Below, one piece after another: positions 62,591-64,000 of a DNA stretch of 64,000 bases (its first letter is position 1; each line of letters opens with the position of its first letter). A model generated the notes under the pieces. It saw only the letters and a program-made list of their open reading frames with translations, had not been told where the DNA came from and searched no databases. Source of the DNA: Lama glama. Its lineage: Eukaryota. Location: positions 5,024,001 through 5,088,000 of the forward strand of contig CM052818.1 in NCBI GenBank assembly GCA_028534125.1. Direction: 5' to 3'. The translations under genes and the position numbers were made by a program.

Positions 62591-63759
62591 ACAAAAATCT
62601 TTTGGAATGAAGACTGTTCCAGCTAAAAGGAGAAGGTGTGGTAGGTCACAACCCTGGAGATAAGCAAGGGCACTAGACAGGGACGGGACAACAGTGCAGA
62701 GCAACTGAATAAAATGATTCAAATGGACAAGCTTGTAAAACATCTTCAACATCGTCAAGTATGTCATATAAACACATTTGCCAGGGCTAAACAATAAAGA
62801 CAATCTTCAGTCTGGTGGAACAGCCAAAGCCTCAACATAAAATAACTCAATCAGAATAAAGACTCAAGAATAGAATGGCCTTAATCTTGAAGCTTCTTCC
62901 AGTACCTTCTTATGATATCCAGGCAGCTTCAGTCTCATTCGAGCCTCAAGTAAAACTCCAAGGAAGGTAACAGAGTGATTGGAGCAATGGAATTGATGAA
63001 GCTTTCATTTTTCCCCCACGTAAACTACTTCCTATCCTCAACAGCTACTCTGTTCTCATAAGCATAGAGAAAGGAAGAAGGCAAATATCACCCTTGGAAG
63101 GATGTAGAGCTAGAGCAGAAGGAAATCCCCATGGCCTGACCGAGAGGGGAAATAAAGAGAAACCTTCTGGTTCTCAGGGACTGTGGAGAGAAGGACAGAG
63201 GGAGGCAGGGGCTAGTCTGAGTCTACTAAAGAAGGCTGAGACAGAGTGCCAGGCACCCAGCTGGCTTGCCAGCATGGGAGGCTGGGTACCCTTAGAACAT
63301 TGAATATGAACCATGTTGGAATCAGCCAGCACCCACCAAGCACCAAACGAGACCCTGCAGCAGACAACGGCCCAAGGGCCAGGTGGAGGTCCACCCTGGG
63401 ATGCTGCACCCCCACACCAACTAGGGAGGGGGACGAGTGAGGGAAGAAACAGCTGTCACAGGAGGCTGAACTGTTAAAATTAGAAGAAATGGGGTGGGGC
63501 ACTGAAGGGAGTTTAAGTCAGCTGCATTAAACAAAGATGCTACGATATTTCAGCACAACCAGATAATCTTATAACAGCAACAACAATTTTCAAAGAAAAT
63601 ATATATTTTGGGGAATCTTGTCCATGCCATTGTCTAGGGGTTCTAATGGGGAGGATTTGTCTGTATCTTTATTCTAGGAGAAAACTCTAATGCTTTCCTG
63701 TCTTTCTTAATGGGCAGAAATAATGTCAACCTTCTGTGGTCAGTTTCTGTCCTCCACAG

Positions 63760-63803
63760 GACTTGTAATTTTGTCAGATTCAGCGAAGAAGCTCCTGTTC
63801 ATG
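63760..63803 (+). other. Candidate 44-nt exon ending in ATG (unidentified transcript)
   Basis: Acceptor 'tttctgtcctccacag|' and consensus donor 'ATG|GTAAGT'. Confidence 0.35.
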
Positions 63804-64000
63804 GTAAGTATACAGTCGCTATAGTTTATTAGCAGATGCAACTTGTTTAATTTTATTAAAATAATAAATTTCTGGCAAGAAAATACTGCCAGAAACTTGG
63901 GGAACTTATAGTTCTTTGAGAGTCCAAATTCTGATTACCAGGCCAGTTAGGGGCTCACTGCATAGGTTCCAGGTAAAAGTAACATGGCGGCAACCTTCTG

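Noticed and set aside
1..64000. L1 strand bias as an indicator of host-gene orientation
   Set aside because: L1 fragments occur in both orientations in similar numbers, so this is uninformative
1..64000. CRISPR arrays, operons, rRNA/snRNA genes, NUMTs, processed pseudogenes, large CpG island
   Set aside because: None recognised by eye; recurring similar segments are dispersed L1 3' ends, MIRs and SINEs

Overview
AT-rich placental-mammal genomic DNA, most likely camelid (alpaca/llama/camel). The evidence is three tRNA-derived SINEs of the Vic-1 type and many cetartiodactyl-style L1 3' ends; I saw no Alu, BovA/BovB, PRE-1 or Can-SINE copies. I cannot support any intact protein-coding gene. The protein-like ORFs in the track are L1 ORF2p C-terminal remnants or microsatellite translations. 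The window looks intronic or intergenic: layers of old repeats (MIR, L2, HAL1, L1M, MLT1, hAT MITEs) and younger L1/SINE/ERV insertions with readable target-site duplications (TSDs), separated by repeat-poor stretches with candidate regulatory motifs and a few candidate plus-strand exons of an unidentified transcript. I found no convincing new biological system. The best leads are an ancient diverged duplication near 11.8/13.0 kb with a possible decayed reading frame, three inverted (twin-primed) L1 insertions (one apparently chimeric), an orphan L1 5'-end/YY1 fragment, and a CpG-retaining CTCF/CCAAT element. Repeat subfamily names are from recalled consensus sequences, and old-repeat boundaries are approximate; both need RepeatMasker/Dfam confirmation.
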